NCBI GenBank assembly: GCA_947073285.1 | Contig: CAMTJT010000005.1 | Span: 12,351 to 76,350 of the forward strand | Direction of reading: 5' to 3' | Length of the DNA: 64,000 nt | DNA from: an uncultured Clostridium sp. | GTDB lineage: Bacteria > Bacillota > Clostridia > TANB77 > CAG-508 | Shown here: piece by piece, positions 44,211 through 55,334 of the stretch | How the letters are laid out: every line of letters begins with the position of its first letter | How positions within the stretch are numbered: the stretch's first letter is position 1 | The notes under the pieces: generated by a model | What the model saw: only the letters and a program-made list of their open reading frames with translations | What the model was told of the DNA's origin: nothing | The model's database searches: none | Program-made: the position numbers and the translations under genes

Positions 44211-44360
44211 TTAAAGCTGTGAAATTGCATATTTGCATATAACATCATATAATTTATTTGTATTTTGCACATTTTCTACACATTTTGTTATTACTGTATA
44301 TTTTTTATTATTTATTTTGTAAGTTGTTACATCTTGTCTTTTTTTATCATCTTGTACCAT
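44211..44360 (-). CDS. Small ORF (49 aa) upstream of the recombinase pair; possible recombination directionality factor or regulator
   Basis: AGGAGG RBS 8 nt before ATG at 44360: MVQDDKKRQDVTTYKINNKKYTVITKCVENVQNTNKLYDVICKYAISQL. Below the ORF-track size cutoff. Confidence 0.35.
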   Translation of the reverse strand: MVQDDKKRQDVTTYKINNKKYTVITKCVENVQNTNKLYDVICKYAISQL

Positions 44361-44401
44361 ATATACACCTCCTAATTTCTCTTTAAAAATATGATTATGG
44401 T

Positions 44402-44548
44402 ATTGAATTTATGACTAATATAAGAAAGGCGTGCGTTAACGGAAGTAAAACTTCCAACACACACTTGTGCAAGTTGCTTCGCAACTGCACAGACTAAGGA
44501 AACCTAACCTTGTTGTATAGGAAAAATCTGTGATTTTTTCCTATACAA
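44402..44548. repeat. 147-bp GC-rich structured repeat, copy 1 (possible small RNA); the inverted copy is at 62945-63092
   Basis: Three hairpins: ggaagtaaaacttcc; ttgtgcaagttgc-ttcg-gcaactgcaca; ttgtatagg...cctatacaa. About 90% identical to the other copy. The first hairpin shows a compensatory double substitution. Confidence 0.6.
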
Positions 44549-44550
44549 TA

Positions 44551-44595
44551 AAAAATGAGATTAAGTTAAAAATATAACTTAAATCTCATTTTTCT
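44551..44595 (-). terminator. Rho-independent terminator downstream of the giant surface-protein gene
   Basis: aaaaatgagatttaagtt-aaaaatat-aacttaaatctcattttt. Confidence 0.55.
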
Positions 44596-44651
44596 ATAGG
44601 CTTTTACAGCCTTCTTCTAAGAATTTTATTTACTATATAATAACAAATTTA

Positions 44652-47600
44652 TTAAAATTCTCGTAAACCAAAAGTGATAAATCTTACTACTTTATTATCA
44701 GCACTTGTTATATCTGCTTGTGCAATATTGTCTAAATTCCAAATGCTTTCATCTAAAAGTAATCTATTTGTGTAAAATTCTTTTGTCAACAACTCAGCAT
44801 TAGTAACTACACTTATACCGTCTATTGTATCACTTGCTGTTCCATTTGCCTCTTCATTTTCATAGCAATTTTCAAAAGTTGCATTTGCTCCATCTACTAC
44901 ATTTCCTATAAATTTGTTAATTGGATTGTTATTTTGTTCTAGCTTATTAATCATTGCTGAATTTTTTACAGTTAAGTTTCCATCTCCTACTTTGGCAACA
45001 AATCCGCTCCAAGTTCCTGCATTGCTAGCTGAGCCACAACTCATATAGATATTGGCTATTACATTTTCAATGGTAACATCTCCTTTGCTTAAGGATACTA
45101 CACCACCATTTTGCATACCGCTTCCATATAACTCTCCTTGTACATAACAATTCTTGATACTTCCTCCTGTTTTAACTGCAACCATTGCTGATAGTTTGCT
45201 TCCATAACTTCTACCATTTACATAAGCCTTTTCAATATGAATATTTTCATAAGTACAATTTTCATCTTCCACAACCATAGTTGCAACACCTGTATTTCCT
45301 AGCATAGTCATATTAGTAAATTTCATATTGGTAAATGTTGCATTAGTTGCTTTTAGTGCAAAAGCTGCAATCTTAGATCTCATTGGGTTACTTGAACTCC
45401 AATTAATAAATCCATCTTTCCAATTTACTCCATAAGCATAATCTTTCATGTTTAGTCTATCTACTTTTCCTGAAAAATGTTCAAATAGTGCTGCATTTGC
45501 TAGGTTAGAAATAGTATGGTTATTACCTCTAATTTCTCCATAAAATTCTCCTGTTATGACTGACCATGACCCTTTCCAATCATACTTCATATTAGAAAAG
45601 TCTATATCATCTTCGATGGTAAATATAGCATCTGGATGCGCTTGTAATAATTCTTTAAATTCTTCTGCAGAATGTATTGCATAGGTATCAACCTTATTAA
45701 TTAATGTTTTTTCATTTGGATCCCCATTTTTTAACTTTGGAATACATTCTTGGCTTACATAGCTTAAATCCCAAACTTTGGTATCAAATCCTAAAGTATT
45801 CGTATAAAATGCTTCATTCGTAATATCTTGCTTGGTTGCTACACTTATTCTTCCTGTAAAATCAATATCTTCTCTTGCCCCAGTTGAAATTCCTGTATTT
45901 TCTTCGTATTCGTAATTTCCTTCAAAGCCTTCTATCTGGTCACTTGCTGTTCTTCCATCAAACTTATATTGTTTCATTTGATTTCCTAGTGCAATATTAT
46001 TCTTAACTACAGAATTTCCTTCTGCTTTTCCTAATAGTCCTGCTACACCTGCATTTCCTAGCACTTTCACTGTACTAAAGCACTTTGTTATATTAGATTC
46101 TCTTAAAATTCCTACAAGTCCTCCTATATCTTGATTTCCTCTGGCATTTCCTAGAGAATAACAATTTTCAACGGTCGTATTGTTAATTGCTTCTCCTATC
46201 AATCCTCCACAAGCATTTCCAGAAGCTATCGCAGCACCATTACTGCTACTTTCTTTGATATGAGATGCTCCTACATAACCTGTAAGTATTCCTACTCTGC
46301 TAGTTCCTGTAATATTTGCTCCAATGATATGTACATTTTCCAAATTACTAGAAGTCATAATACCAATTAGACCACCTGTATTATTATTTTTATTAGTTAC
46401 TTTAATATCTTTTGCTAATACATTTGTAAGTTCTACTTTGTCTGCTATTTTAGCAAGTGCTCCTACATCTGTTTCATTTTTATTGATATTGCTTCCTTCT
46501 AATTTCAAATTAGCAAGTTTTGCATAACGAATTGTATGGAAGATTGGAACAGTATTTCCTTTTAAGCTATGATTTTTTCCATCTATCTCTCCTATAAATT
46601 CACCACTAATGATATCCCCCGTACTTTCTAAACTAGATAAGTCAATATCATTTTCTAATGTAAAGTTTTCATCTGGATACTTTTCTATTAAGGTTCTAAA
46701 TTCTTCTTCGGTACGTATTTCATGAACTGGTACATGAATTTCCATGCTCTCATTTGGGTCACTATTCTTTAAGGTTGGTGTTTTGCAAGACGCAACTGTA
46801 CTAAAGTCCCAAATTTCCTCATTCCAGCCTAAAGTATTGGTATAGAAGTCTTTACTTGTTACATTTTGTCTGTTTGCTACGTTTATTTTTCCTGTGAAGT
46901 CAATGTCTCCTCTTGCCCTAGTAGAAATACCTTTATTTTCTTCATATTCATAATTTCCTTCATATGTTGCTAGTTGTTCTTGAACCGTTTTACCATCAAA
47001 TTTATAGTGCTGTCTAACTTGATTTCCTAATGCTATGTTGTTTTTAACAATAGAATTTGTAATAGATTGCCCTACAAATCCTGCAACACCATCTGTTCCA
47101 TCTACTTTTGTTATACTCAAAGAATTGCTTATTGTAGATGCTTTACTTAAAAGTCCTACAAATCCACCAACATTTTGGTTTCCTTTAGCTGTTCCTCTTG
47201 CATAACAGTTTTCAACCATTGTTCCATTGGTGATTTCTCCCATAAAGCCACCAACAGCATTACCTGTACCAGTAGCAGTTCCATTACTACTACATGCTTT
47301 TATGTTAGAATATCCAATATATCCTGCAAGTGTTCCCACACGGTTAGTTCCTGTTACATTTCCTCCAATGACATGTACATTTTCTAGGTCTCCATAAGTC
47401 ATAATACCAATTAATCCACCAGTATCATCTCTTCTGTTTGTAACTGTGATATCTTTTCCTACCACATTTTTAAGTTCTATATTATCTGCTATTTTAGTAA
47501 GTGCTCCTACATCTGTCTCATTTTTATCGATGTTACTTCCTTCTATTTTTAAGTTTTCAATATAAGTATGTCGAGTTGTATGGAAGATTGGTACTTTGTT

Positions 47601-50600
47601 GCCTCTTAATGTATGGTTATTTCCTTCAATTCTTCCCATAAACACACCATCAATAATGGTAGTCGTACTTTCTAAAGTAGATAAGTCAATATCTTGTTCA
47701 ATTACAAATGTTGCTTCTCTATGTTCTTTTAATAGACTTTCAAATTCTTCTGCATTAGTTATGCTATATCTTTCACCTGTTATTGTTATATCATTTGGGT
47801 CATCATTTTTTAATTTTGGTAATCCTCCACTTGCTATTCTACTAAAGTCCCAAATATGATTATCCCAAGTTAAAGTGTTTGTATAGAAACTTTCTTTCTT
47901 AACTTCTGTTCCTTCTACCTCTGTAATTTTTCCTGTAAAGTCAATACCTGCTCTAGTTGTTGTTGATTTTCCTACATTGACTTTATTTTCATAGTTTCCA
48001 CTAAAGTTCTTGAATTTATCACTAGCTGTTCTACCATCAAACTTATATCCTACAGTTTGATTTACTAAGGTAATATTATTTTTTATAATAGAGTTATTTG
48101 TTGTTTGTCCTACAAAGCTTGCTATACCAGCATTTCCTGTAGCTTTTGTATTACTAAAACAGTTCATAATATAAGAAGTATTGACATAGCCAACTAATCC
48201 ACCAATATCTTGGTTTCCTTGTACTTCTCCTATTGTATAACAATTTATAAGAGTTGTTTTACTATAAATTTCTCCTACTAGTCCTCCAGCTGCATTTCCT
48301 GTTGAACGTACTTTTCCATTTGCACTACACTCTTCTACTTGGCTTTGACCAACATAACCAGAAATTCCTCCAACTCTTGTTGTTCCTATTACATTGCTTC
48401 TAGTTACATGTACATTTTTTACAAAACTGTATACTGTACTACCAATTAGTCCACCAACTTGTTTATTGGTAGCAGATATGGTAATGTCTTTTCCTTGTAC
48501 ATTTTCCATTTGGCTATATTCTAATGTTTTAGCCAAAGCTCCTACATTCATTAAACTACTTGTTATATTACTATTTTCTACTTGTAGATTAGAAATATGA
48601 GCAAATTTAATGGTGTTAAAGATTGGAATCGTATTTCCTGTTAATTTGTGTCCTTGCCCATCTAATTTTCCCATAAAGTATCCATCTACAATAGCATTTC
48701 CTTCGGTTATGCTAGAGAAGTCAATATCATTGTCTAATACATAGTAAGCACAAGGATTTTGAGTTAATTTTTGTTTAAATTCTTCTGCTGTTTTGATATG
48801 AACTTTTTGGATATTTCCATCTAATACTTCTGCTCTAAAATCATCAGTTACACGTTTTAAGTAATGGTAATTCACTCTTCTTATATTTGTACTATTGCTA
48901 ACATTTCTATCATTGTTTGCAGCATCTAATTTTAATGCTTCTACATATTTTTCTACTAATTCGTCTGAATTTAAGTATGGAATGGTATTCCAACTGTTTT
49001 CCATTAACTCATAACGCTGCGTTTTAAATTTCTTCCAAGTCATATCTGGGTCTTTGGTTACTTTTTGAATGGCATCTAAGTCATTTTTACTCTTTCCACT
49101 AAAGTAGGTAACATATCCTCCGTCATATCCACCAATTCCTAGCATTTGCCATGCTGTATAAGTAAATCCATAAGAATGGGTTCTTCCTTTTTCATTATAT
49201 GGTTGATACCAACGTCTTATATACATACCTTCAGAACCATATAGTCCTTGTTCTCCTGTTTGTGTAACTGGTTTAGTTACACCTGGTTTAATGGTAATCT
49301 GATTATCATAAATGTCTTCAACTGTTTTTAAGTCCATTTCTTCAAATTCTTCTTTAGTAATTGGTTTCCATCCTACATTAGCATAATTTCCTGGTGCATT
49401 TGGATAGTAAATTTGTACTGCCACTTTTGATTGTTCTTCTGGTGTTAATTGTAAAAATGCTTTTGCTTCTGCATAGTCTAAAAAGTCTATGGCTTCAAAC
49501 ATTCTTTTATAATAACTTTCTATTTTTTCTGTAGAGTTAATTCTTTCAGTGGTTAAGTTTGTGGTGATTACTTGACTACTATTATAGTTGTAGCTTAAGT
49601 TAAAGTTTACTGCTCCATCACCAAATCCTTGGGTTGTATTTCCATCTGTATAATCCTCTGTTCCTGAGCCATCATTATTGTTACAACCACCAACTGGTCT
49701 AAATCCATTTCTCTTAAAGAATAAGAAGTTACATTGGTTATGTCCTGTCTCGTGTGTCCAAGTACGTCCATAACTTGTTAATATGTTATCAACAACATAG
49801 TAAATTCTTTGGGAACCAGAATAAGCTGCTACTGCTCTTATTGTAAACCATTCATTTAATAGTTCATTAAAGTTTTTACAGAAAGGGTCAGTTGATGTTC
49901 CTTTTTTCTGTTCTCCTAATACAGGTAGAACAGTTGTGTCAATTGCTACATCACATACTTTATTAAAAATAGATGGTTCTATAAATCCTGCTGCTGTGGT
50001 ATAAAATACACCAACTTGGTTAGCAAAATTTTTCATTAAATTTTCTAGGTTTTGAATTTGGGCTTCATTTCCTGGTTCTCTTATATAAAGTCTTTGAGAA
50101 CCTACTAAAAATGTCGTTGGTGCTGATATCATATAACCTGAATCTTCTGGCAAGGTTAACATTGGTAAGATAAATTTTTTCTGTTTCTTTAGTTGTGTCC
50201 AAGCACGATAATCAATACTATCTTCATATCCTTTTGCTGGCACTTCTACTAACATACCATTAAAGTTCTCTGCAAACCAATCATTTGGTTCTTGATTATT
50301 GGCAAACATTTTAATGTTATGTTCCACAAATTCGCTAACTGTTGTAAAGCCAACACAAGGTCCTAAGCTTTCTTCATAGAATAAGTAAGAAACGTGAGAA
50401 CCTAATGAAGTACTTGCTAAACATAAATTTACTAAAGTGTTTGTATTTACACCTGTATTGTATAGTTCTCCTTTAAAGAATACAATATCACTTACTTTCA
50501 TATTACTAACTTTAAAACCATAAAAACGTGAATAATAGTTATAAGCAAACATATATTGTTTTAACTTATTCGTACTTTTGGTTAAATAATCATAAATATA

Positions 50601-53600
50601 TTGGTCTAAAATAGGATTATCTATGGTTATACTATATCCATTCACATTTCCTAAAAAGTTTAAAACAAATTCTTTTGCATTTTCTTCTGTTTTAATTGTT
50701 TCATCAAAGAAGTCTTTATAAATACGGTCTCCTAAGTTGATTGGCGCTACTAATGGTTTTAAGTCTTTGTTATAATCTAAAGTTAGAATATAGTCCACTA
50801 GTTTTTTTACAACTTCTGAATCTTGTTTCAAAACATATTTATCAAAGTTGTATTCAATTCCTAGTTCTTCTAATTTATAAGATACCACATGGTTATTCAT
50901 ATTTTTATACTTTAATTGGTATTGCTTTGTGGTGTCATCTACAAATACTACATTAATATGGTCTATGCTTTGATAGTTTTCTTCAGTAAGAGTTAACACA
51001 AATTCATTTTTAGCATTATATGGTAAAATGGTTTTAATTTGTTTTTGGTTTAAAACGTCGTCTTCACTAATTCTTGCTCCATCTACTACTAAATATTTTG
51101 CGTCAAAGAATGGCATTAATTTGTATAGGTTTGAATAGGCTACTTCCTTGTTTGGATCATAGTCGCTCATCTTCTTTAATCTTTCTACATCTGGAATATA
51201 GTTTCCAGTAGTTGCCCCTTCTTGTTTGCTATTTGGGTCATAACCTTTTAAAGTTGGTATGTTTTCATAGTTTTTGTCATCTAAATTCCAAATTTGGTTA
51301 CTAAATCCTGCTTGTTCTAAGCAGAAATCTCCATTAAATTCATTTTTAGCAAATTCTTTAATGAGTCCATTTGAATTTTCTGCATTTGCTGTTAAATTCG
51401 ATTCTATCATTTCATAATTGAAGGTATCTGGGTCTAATGTAATAGCGCTTCCATGTGTTTTATAAGATTTGCTACCTTGTGCTAAACTAATATTTTGTAC
51501 TAGTTTAATTCTTCCTGCACCATTTGCATTTCCAGCAATTCCTCCTACATTACCAGGTCCTGATGTTCCATTGATATTTACTTTTGCAATACAATGTTTA
51601 ATGGTATTTTGTTGATACATAGAATCTTGAACACCACCAACAATTCCTCCTACTTCCCAAGATCCTTGAATATCTCCTGTTACATAACAGTCTTCTATGG
51701 TTGAACCATATCCTATTTCGCCAACAATTCCTCCTACTCTTCTAGAACCCTCTCCTCTTTGTGCTACTATGGATAGATTGGTAACACTACATTTTTCAAC
51801 TCTACTACCACTTAATCTTCCAGCTATTGGTCCAAATGTATAGAATTGTTTATAAGTAGAAATGGTTGAATTTTTGATGTGAACATTGCTAACAACTGTT
51901 TTACTATAAATTTCATTAGCAATAAATCCTTTTTGCCATACACCTACTTTGCTTGTTATATAAGCATTTTCTATTACAAGGTTTTTAATCGTTGCTCTTT
52001 CTATTTCATTAAATATTGGTTTTTGCAAATTGTAGATAGTATGCCCATTTCCATTAATAGTTCCTTCAAACATGCCATCTCCAAAATAGGTTAAGGTATC
52101 TACTTCATATTCAGAGGCATCATAATCTTTGGTTAGGTTAAAGGTTGCTGTTGGGTATTGTCTCATTTGGTAAAGTAAATCTTCAAAAGATTCATTTTTT
52201 ACATAAGAACCTGCATTTCCCATTACACCAAAAGGTACTTCTACTTTTGCCTGTCTTTCGTCTCCTTTGTAAATTATGGTGTTTTCTACATCTAATTCTA
52301 AAAGAACTTTCCTTTGCTCAATTCTACAAGCTTTTACATTAGTATGCATATCTGGCATATTTTTCATTTTTACTTTTGCCACATAATTTTCTGGATTTTC
52401 AATTATTTCATTGCTATCAATATTCTTTACTTCCATTGGAAATCCATAATATATATGGTATAATCTTACATCTTGTATATCTTTTAGTTGGATTTTTCGT
52501 TCTGTAAAATCAATTTCTTCTTGTAATATTACTTGTTCTTCATATTCATTTTCGCCAGCACCTAAAGCATTAGTGTCTAGGTCATAACTAGCTTTTACCT
52601 TAATGTTATAGTATTCACTATCTATTTTATCGAATGTAATTTGATTATTACCTATTACCAAATTTTGTGTTTTTATTTCATTTTTATGGTCATCAAAAAT
52701 TACAATAGTTCCATTTGAGATAGTTGTTTCTACATCCTCTAAGTTAAAACTTGCAACTACCTTATTTTTATCTGTATCGTCTTCTTTGTATCCAAAACCT
52801 GTAATGTTTGGTTTTTCTTTTAGCACTTCAATTTTTATCTTTTGTTCTGGTTCAATGTCTAAAAATCTCTTATTGTTTAATATAATGGTTTCTAATTTGT
52901 ATTCTTTTACACCACTTTCTTCTAAGCCTGCTAATTTAGTGGTATACTGGTTGGTTCCTTCTATGTGTTTTAATACATATTCTTCTCCGTTTATGATAGC
53001 TTTTTCTGGTAAGAAACTAGTTGCATTTGTACAATTAAAGCTTAGTATAATTTCTTTGTTTTTCTCAAAATATTTTGTGTCTTTTTCTTTATTGGCTGTT
53101 TTTAAGTCACTTACTTGTAAGTTATAGTCCCCAACTAGCATAATTCTTGCTTCTCGAATGACTTGGTCTTCTTCTATGTTTTCGTCACCTTCTGGATAAC
53201 GATTATAGCTTGCAATAAATCTTGCTGTATATTCTTTGTCAATTTCTACATTTTCGAAAACTACTTTTCCATGTTCACCTTCTCTTTGAATGGTTGGCTC
53301 TTGGATTACTTGTTCTGGGTTTCCATCTACTGCTGGTTTTACCAATTGTACTTTTCCTGTGATAAAGCTACTATCTGGATCTACTAATGTAAAGGTAACA
53401 GTTACTTGATTATTCTCTAAATTGTCTTCTTGTTTAATTTCTTCAATTTTTGGTATATCTCTTAATACATTTACTTCTACTGTATTGTCTACGGTTGCTT
53501 CAGCTTGGTCAGCAAAGATAATTCTACTAGCTGTTAACTCTAATACTTTTGCTTCTTCTCCTACTTCTGTAATTACTTCATATTTTCCATTTGCTATTTT

Positions 53601-55289
53601 AGTAGCAATGCAATCTAGGTTATTGACACGAATTTTGGCAACTTCACTTTCACTATTTGTTTCAATTTCATAAGTGATTTTTACAGTTTTATTTTTCTCT
53701 GTTGTAGCTGGTTCTACTTTTGCATTTACAATAGTTGCAAAACGATTTGCTGTAATTTCTCTTTCAAATAGAACACTGTCTGTTATAATATGGTCTTCTG
53801 TCTCTTGGTAAGTTGCAATTACTTTAATAATGTAACTATCTGTTGTTTTGGTGTTAAAGATTTTTTCTACATTTCCATTTTCTATTTCTTCTGTTGTTAT
53901 ATCTTGACTTGCTATAATATTTTCTCCACTATCATAAAGTACTACTTTGGCTGATTGAATTGATTTTGCTACATCTTCAATGTGGAAAGTTACTTTTATA
54001 TTTTTTTCTTGTACATTTTCTTCTGTTTCTAGGTTAGAGATAACTGGTTTTTGAGCATCAATTGTAATGATTACGGTATTTCCTGTTTCTAATACTATTT
54101 CTTTTCCATTTTTTAATTTTACTTTTTCGATGGTAATTGTATTTTCTCCTGTTTGCTCTAACCCATCAATTGTTGCTAAATAATGGTCTTCTTGTTTAGT
54201 TACTTCATATTCTTTGCTACTTACTGTTATTGTGCTTGGCTCAAAGTTTTGACTACCTGTATTTTCATAAGCAATATTGGTACTGTCAAATTGAATAGTA
54301 ATTGGTTCCTTTTTAGCAAATTTGTTGCTTTGTTGACCATCTTTTAATGTTTGTATGTCACTGATACTAAGTTGGTAATCAAGTGCCATAATAAATTCTT
54401 TGCTATAAATAAAAGATTCTGCTTGATATTCTTTTCCTTCAATTTGGTCTTTAGCAAGGTTATATGCTACATTAATAACAACTCTATAAGTTTTTCCTTC
54501 TTCTACTGGTACTTCTTGTCTATTTTCTCCTGCTGTTATATTAGTTTGTACGATTTCTGTTTGTGAACCTTCTGTTTGCTGAACCTCTGCTAATGTATTT
54601 GAAATTTCATAAACACTAAATTGTGCAGATGTAATACTTTGTTCTCTATCTACTAAATTGAAGTTTATATATGCTTTTCCTTCAAATGTTTCTTCTAACT
54701 TATAGCTACTTTCTTCTATAAAAGGTTGTTCTTTTAAAACACTTACAGTAAATGTATCATTCATTTTTACTTCTGCATCTGTATTTAAAATAACTTTACT
54801 TATCTTATACTCTTGTTTTCCTGCTTGCTGCCCTACATTTAGTTTTATTTTATAAATTCCATTTTCGTTTTGTACGTTATATTCTTGCTCATTTATTATC
54901 ACTTTTTTTAATCTTACATCATCATAATTAATAATAGCTCCAAATGTTATTTCTATTTCTTCATCTTTTTTAGGATAATAATTTGGTGTATCTAATTCTA
55001 TTAGTTCTACTGTATATTCTCTTTCATTTTCTATTTTTTTAATTAAAAGTGATAAATCAGTTACCATGATTTCTCCATCACTATCCATATCTGCATCATC
55101 AATTTTATCTTCTGGTAACTCTTGTATATGTATTAAATGACTTTCTAACAAACTAACATCACTATAATCTATTATGCCATCATCATTTAATTCACCTTTA
55201 GAAGAAGCATAAATAACTCCTAAAAATACCATTAGGAACAATGCAGAAAAAATACTACTTATGATTATTTTTCTTGTTTTTTCTTTCAT
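44652..55289 (-). CDS. Giant (3545-aa) secreted multi-domain protein: signal peptide, N-terminal type-I dockerin, ~10 Ig-like repeats, HExxH zinc-metallopeptidase-like domain, then five modules pairing a ~110-aa domain with a GLUG-motif beta-helix
   Basis: Signal MKEKTRKIIISSIFSALFLMVFLGVIYA. Dockerin NDDGIIDYSDVSLLESHL / DMDSDGEIMVTDLSLLIKKI. Repeated ~100-aa beta-sandwich modules. WTHETGHNQ (HExxH). Reiterated GG(L/I)(V/I)G GLUG-type repeats with F(I/V)G(E/R)IDG(N/K)(N/G)H(T/S)(I/L) modules. One uninterrupted 10.6-kb ORF. Confidence 0.75.
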   Translation of the reverse strand: MKEKTRKIIISSIFSALFLMVFLGVIYASSKGELNDDGIIDYSDVSLLESHLIHIQELPEDKIDDADMDSDGEIMVTDLSLLIKKIENEREYTVELIELDTPNYYPKKDEEIEITFGAIINYDDVRLKKVIINEQEYNVQNENGIYKIKLNVGQQAGKQEYKISKVILNTDAEVKMNDTFTVSVLKEQPFIEESSYKLEETFEGKAYINFNLVDREQSITSAQFSVYEISNTLAEVQQTEGSQTEIVQTNITAGENRQEVPVEEGKTYRVVINVAYNLAKDQIEGKEYQAESFIYSKEFIMALDYQLSISDIQTLKDGQQSNKFAKKEPITIQFDSTNIAYENTGSQNFEPSTITVSSKEYEVTKQEDHYLATIDGLEQTGENTITIEKVKLKNGKEIVLETGNTVIITIDAQKPVISNLETEENVQEKNIKVTFHIEDVAKSIQSAKVVLYDSGENIIASQDITTEEIENGNVEKIFNTKTTDSYIIKVIATYQETEDHIITDSVLFEREITANRFATIVNAKVEPATTEKNKTVKITYEIETNSESEVAKIRVNNLDCIATKIANGKYEVITEVGEEAKVLELTASRIIFADQAEATVDNTVEVNVLRDIPKIEEIKQEDNLENNQVTVTFTLVDPDSSFITGKVQLVKPAVDGNPEQVIQEPTIQREGEHGKVVFENVEIDKEYTARFIASYNRYPEGDENIEEDQVIREARIMLVGDYNLQVSDLKTANKEKDTKYFEKNKEIILSFNCTNATSFLPEKAIINGEEYVLKHIEGTNQYTTKLAGLEESGVKEYKLETIILNNKRFLDIEPEQKIKIEVLKEKPNITGFGYKEDDTDKNKVVASFNLEDVETTISNGTIVIFDDHKNEIKTQNLVIGNNQITFDKIDSEYYNIKVKASYDLDTNALGAGENEYEEQVILQEEIDFTERKIQLKDIQDVRLYHIYYGFPMEVKNIDSNEIIENPENYVAKVKMKNMPDMHTNVKACRIEQRKVLLELDVENTIIYKGDERQAKVEVPFGVMGNAGSYVKNESFEDLLYQMRQYPTATFNLTKDYDASEYEVDTLTYFGDGMFEGTINGNGHTIYNLQKPIFNEIERATIKNLVIENAYITSKVGVWQKGFIANEIYSKTVVSNVHIKNSTISTYKQFYTFGPIAGRLSGSRVEKCSVTNLSIVAQRGEGSRRVGGIVGEIGYGSTIEDCYVTGDIQGSWEVGGIVGGVQDSMYQQNTIKHCIAKVNINGTSGPGNVGGIAGNANGAGRIKLVQNISLAQGSKSYKTHGSAITLDPDTFNYEMIESNLTANAENSNGLIKEFAKNEFNGDFCLEQAGFSNQIWNLDDKNYENIPTLKGYDPNSKQEGATTGNYIPDVERLKKMSDYDPNKEVAYSNLYKLMPFFDAKYLVVDGARISEDDVLNQKQIKTILPYNAKNEFVLTLTEENYQSIDHINVVFVDDTTKQYQLKYKNMNNHVVSYKLEELGIEYNFDKYVLKQDSEVVKKLVDYILTLDYNKDLKPLVAPINLGDRIYKDFFDETIKTEENAKEFVLNFLGNVNGYSITIDNPILDQYIYDYLTKSTNKLKQYMFAYNYYSRFYGFKVSNMKVSDIVFFKGELYNTGVNTNTLVNLCLASTSLGSHVSYLFYEESLGPCVGFTTVSEFVEHNIKMFANNQEPNDWFAENFNGMLVEVPAKGYEDSIDYRAWTQLKKQKKFILPMLTLPEDSGYMISAPTTFLVGSQRLYIREPGNEAQIQNLENLMKNFANQVGVFYTTAAGFIEPSIFNKVCDVAIDTTVLPVLGEQKKGTSTDPFCKNFNELLNEWFTIRAVAAYSGSQRIYYVVDNILTSYGRTWTHETGHNQCNFLFFKRNGFRPVGGCNNNDGSGTEDYTDGNTTQGFGDGAVNFNLSYNYNSSQVITTNLTTERINSTEKIESYYKRMFEAIDFLDYAEAKAFLQLTPEEQSKVAVQIYYPNAPGNYANVGWKPITKEEFEEMDLKTVEDIYDNQITIKPGVTKPVTQTGEQGLYGSEGMYIRRWYQPYNEKGRTHSYGFTYTAWQMLGIGGYDGGYVTYFSGKSKNDLDAIQKVTKDPDMTWKKFKTQRYELMENSWNTIPYLNSDELVEKYVEALKLDAANNDRNVSNSTNIRRVNYHYLKRVTDDFRAEVLDGNIQKVHIKTAEEFKQKLTQNPCAYYVLDNDIDFSSITEGNAIVDGYFMGKLDGQGHKLTGNTIPIFNTIKFAHISNLQVENSNITSSLMNVGALAKTLEYSQMENVQGKDITISATNKQVGGLIGSTVYSFVKNVHVTRSNVIGTTRVGGISGYVGQSQVEECSANGKVRSTGNAAGGLVGEIYSKTTLINCYTIGEVQGNQDIGGLVGYVNTSYIMNCFSNTKATGNAGIASFVGQTTNNSIIKNNITLVNQTVGYKFDGRTASDKFKNFSGNYENKVNVGKSTTTRAGIDFTGKITEVEGTEVKKESFYTNTLTWDNHIWDFSRIASGGLPKLKNDDPNDITITGERYSITNAEEFESLLKEHREATFVIEQDIDLSTLESTTTIIDGVFMGRIEGNNHTLRGNKVPIFHTTRHTYIENLKIEGSNIDKNETDVGALTKIADNIELKNVVGKDITVTNRRDDTGGLIGIMTYGDLENVHVIGGNVTGTNRVGTLAGYIGYSNIKACSSNGTATGTGNAVGGFMGEITNGTMVENCYARGTAKGNQNVGGFVGLLSKASTISNSLSITKVDGTDGVAGFVGQSITNSIVKNNIALGNQVRQHYKFDGKTVQEQLATYEGNYEYEENKGISTRARGDIDFTGKINVANRQNVTSKDFYTNTLGWNEEIWDFSTVASCKTPTLKNSDPNESMEIHVPVHEIRTEEEFRTLIEKYPDENFTLENDIDLSSLESTGDIISGEFIGEIDGKNHSLKGNTVPIFHTIRYAKLANLKLEGSNINKNETDVGALAKIADKVELTNVLAKDIKVTNKNNNTGGLIGIMTSSNLENVHIIGANITGTSRVGILTGYVGASHIKESSSNGAAIASGNACGGLIGEAINNTTVENCYSLGNARGNQDIGGLVGILRESNITKCFSTVKVLGNAGVAGLLGKAEGNSVVKNNIALGNQMKQYKFDGRTASDQIEGFEGNYEYEENTGISTGAREDIDFTGRISVATKQDITNEAFYTNTLGFDTKVWDLSYVSQECIPKLKNGDPNEKTLINKVDTYAIHSAEEFKELLQAHPDAIFTIEDDIDFSNMKYDWKGSWSVITGEFYGEIRGNNHTISNLANAALFEHFSGKVDRLNMKDYAYGVNWKDGFINWSSSNPMRSKIAAFALKATNATFTNMKFTNMTMLGNTGVATMVVEDENCTYENIHIEKAYVNGRSYGSKLSAMVAVKTGGSIKNCYVQGELYGSGMQNGGVVSLSKGDVTIENVIANIYMSCGSASNAGTWSGFVAKVGDGNLTVKNSAMINKLEQNNNPINKFIGNVVDGANATFENCYENEEANGTASDTIDGISVVTNAELLTKEFYTNRLLLDESIWNLDNIAQADITSADNKVVRFITFGLREF

Positions 55290-55334
55290 TGTGTATATCC
55301 TCCATTTTTAATTTGGTTAATTTATTTTTTAATA

